Below, in pieces: positions 62,986 to 64,000 of a stretch of 64,000 nucleotides of DNA (position 1 is the first letter of the stretch; the number at the start of each line of letters is the position of its first letter). Below the pieces are notes generated by a model. That model was not told the DNA's origin. It made no database searches and was given only the letters and a program-made list of their open reading frames with translations. The translations under genes and the position numbers were made by a program. The DNA is from Synechococcus sp. (GTDB taxonomy: Bacteria; Cyanobacteriota; Cyanobacteriia; PCC-6307; Cyanobiaceae). The DNA lies in contig JBJBDC010000001.1 in assembly GCA_047285535.1 (NCBI GenBank), positions 1,664,136 through 1,728,135 on the forward strand, in the 5' to 3' direction.

Positions 62986-63867
62986 ATGCCTGTTCACGCC
63001 TTCCGACATCTGGCATTGACTTCGCACTTGATTCTAGGAGTGACTATAACGGCTTGTTCGGCGCCTAAAAACACCCTTACTCTGGAAGAAAGAATTGAAA
63101 AATACAGCATTGCAATCAAGCAAAACCCACAGGATGCTGATGCATTGTTCAATCGTGGTCAAGCAAAGATTGAGGCAAAAAAATATCAAAAAGCGCTTAA
63201 TGATCTCCAGGCAGCGATTAAGATCGATCCCAAGAATGCCCCCGCGTTCTACAGCAGTGGTTACGCAAAGCGTAAATTAAATGATTTCAAGGGTGCGATA
63301 GCCGATTACTCAAAAGCAATTGAGATGCAGCCTGAGCACATTGGCGCACACTTCAATCGCGGTTACGCCAAGCATGAATTAGGAGACTACCAAGGGGCAA
63401 TTAATGATTACAACAAAGTGATAGATTTTTATCCTCAGCATTACGCCGCCTACACTAGACGAGGAATTGCAAAAGAGAGACTAGACGATTATCAAGGAGC
63501 AATCAATGATTACACCAAAGCAATAGAAATCAACCCAAAACATGGGGAAGCCCAAACTAAGCTAAACAAGGCAAAGGATACATTAAAAAAATCAAAAGCG
63601 AAACCAACGGCTACGCCAAGACCAACGCCTACGCCAAGACCAACGCCTACGCCAAGACCTACGCCTACGCCTACGCCTACGCCTACGCCTACGCCAAGAC
63701 CTACGCCTACGCCAAGTCTCACTCCGACGCCAAGACCTACGCCAAGTCTCCCTCAGACGCCAAGAGGTACGCCAAGTCTCACTCCGACGCCAAGACCTAC
63801 GCCAAGTCTCCCTCAGACGCCAAGAGGTACGCCAAGCCTCACTCCGACGCCAAGACCAACTCCGTAA
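62986..63867 (+). CDS. TPR repeat lipoprotein with Pro/Thr-rich tail
   Basis: Lipobox ITAC; repeated [20 protein letters not shown] units; PTPT tail. Confidence 0.85.
   Translation: MPVHAFRHLALTSHLILGVTITACSAPKNTLTLEERIEKYSIAIKQNPQDADALFNRGQAKIEAKKYQKALNDLQAAIKIDPKNAPAFYSSGYAKRKLNDFKGAIADYSKAIEMQPEHIGAHFNRGYAKHELGDYQGAINDYNKVIDFYPQHYAAYTRRGIAKERLDDYQGAINDYTKAIEINPKHGEAQTKLNKAKDTLKKSKAKPTATPRPTPTPRPTPTPRPTPTPTPTPTPTPRPTPTPSLTPTPRPTPSLPQTPRGTPSLTPTPRPTPSLPQTPRGTPSLTPTPRPTP
63603..63864 (+). repeat. Nested tandem repeats (6, 18 and 60 bp) encoding the PT tail
   Basis: cctacg runs, ccaacgcctacgccaaga units and a 60-bp unit repeated about 2.5 times (63721-63780 nearly identical to 63781-63840). 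Confidence 0.9.
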
Positions 63868-64000
63868 CCAGAATGGAGATAGTAAAAACTACTACTTGCG
63901 CTAGTACTAACCGAGCCAAAGCCGTTGAACAAGCATGCAGATCATTGACTTAATTTTGCACCAAAAGCAGCTGGTCTAATACTTTGGCAAGATAATGAGT

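Overview
The window looks like a marine picocyanobacterial chromosome segment, most likely marine Synechococcus. The evidence is a two-piece tmRNA with tag ANNIVRFSRQAAPVAA, plus psbX, cpcG, a CpcS/CpeS lyase and an hli gene. It has three parts. (1) About 1-7.9 kb is a mosaic genomic island abutting the tmRNA gene. It holds a secreted GH16 glycoside hydrolase, a duplicated glutamine-II (Downstream-peptide) riboswitch plus small-peptide cassette, a DUF4278 gene, an orphan double-glycine RiPP precursor, tRNA-Ser 3' fragments, a BCCT pseudogene and a GATGTCCAC repeat array. (2) About 8-44.7 kb is ordinary core genome: rlmL-like methyltransferase, smc, msrB, tRNA-Leu, accC, psbX, ycf66, comM, rpsU, def, mtnA/aldolase, sufBCDS/sufR, ftrC, cpcG and a PLD-family gene. 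(3) About 44.8-64 kb is an AT-rich island and holds the most interesting locus. A kinase-vWA-PP2C (TerY-P-like) triad is followed, on the same strand, by four similar-sized, acidic, apparently all-helical proteins spaced 38-40 bp apart. On the other side of the triad are a membrane-anchored protein, an FHA-WD40 protein and an FHA protein with a dynamin-like layout that lacks a visible P-loop. I infer a candidate phosphorylation-controlled conflict or membrane-remodelling system. Two decayed tyrosine integrases and secreted/TPR cargo genes follow. All calls come from reading the sequence by eye; no database searches were run.
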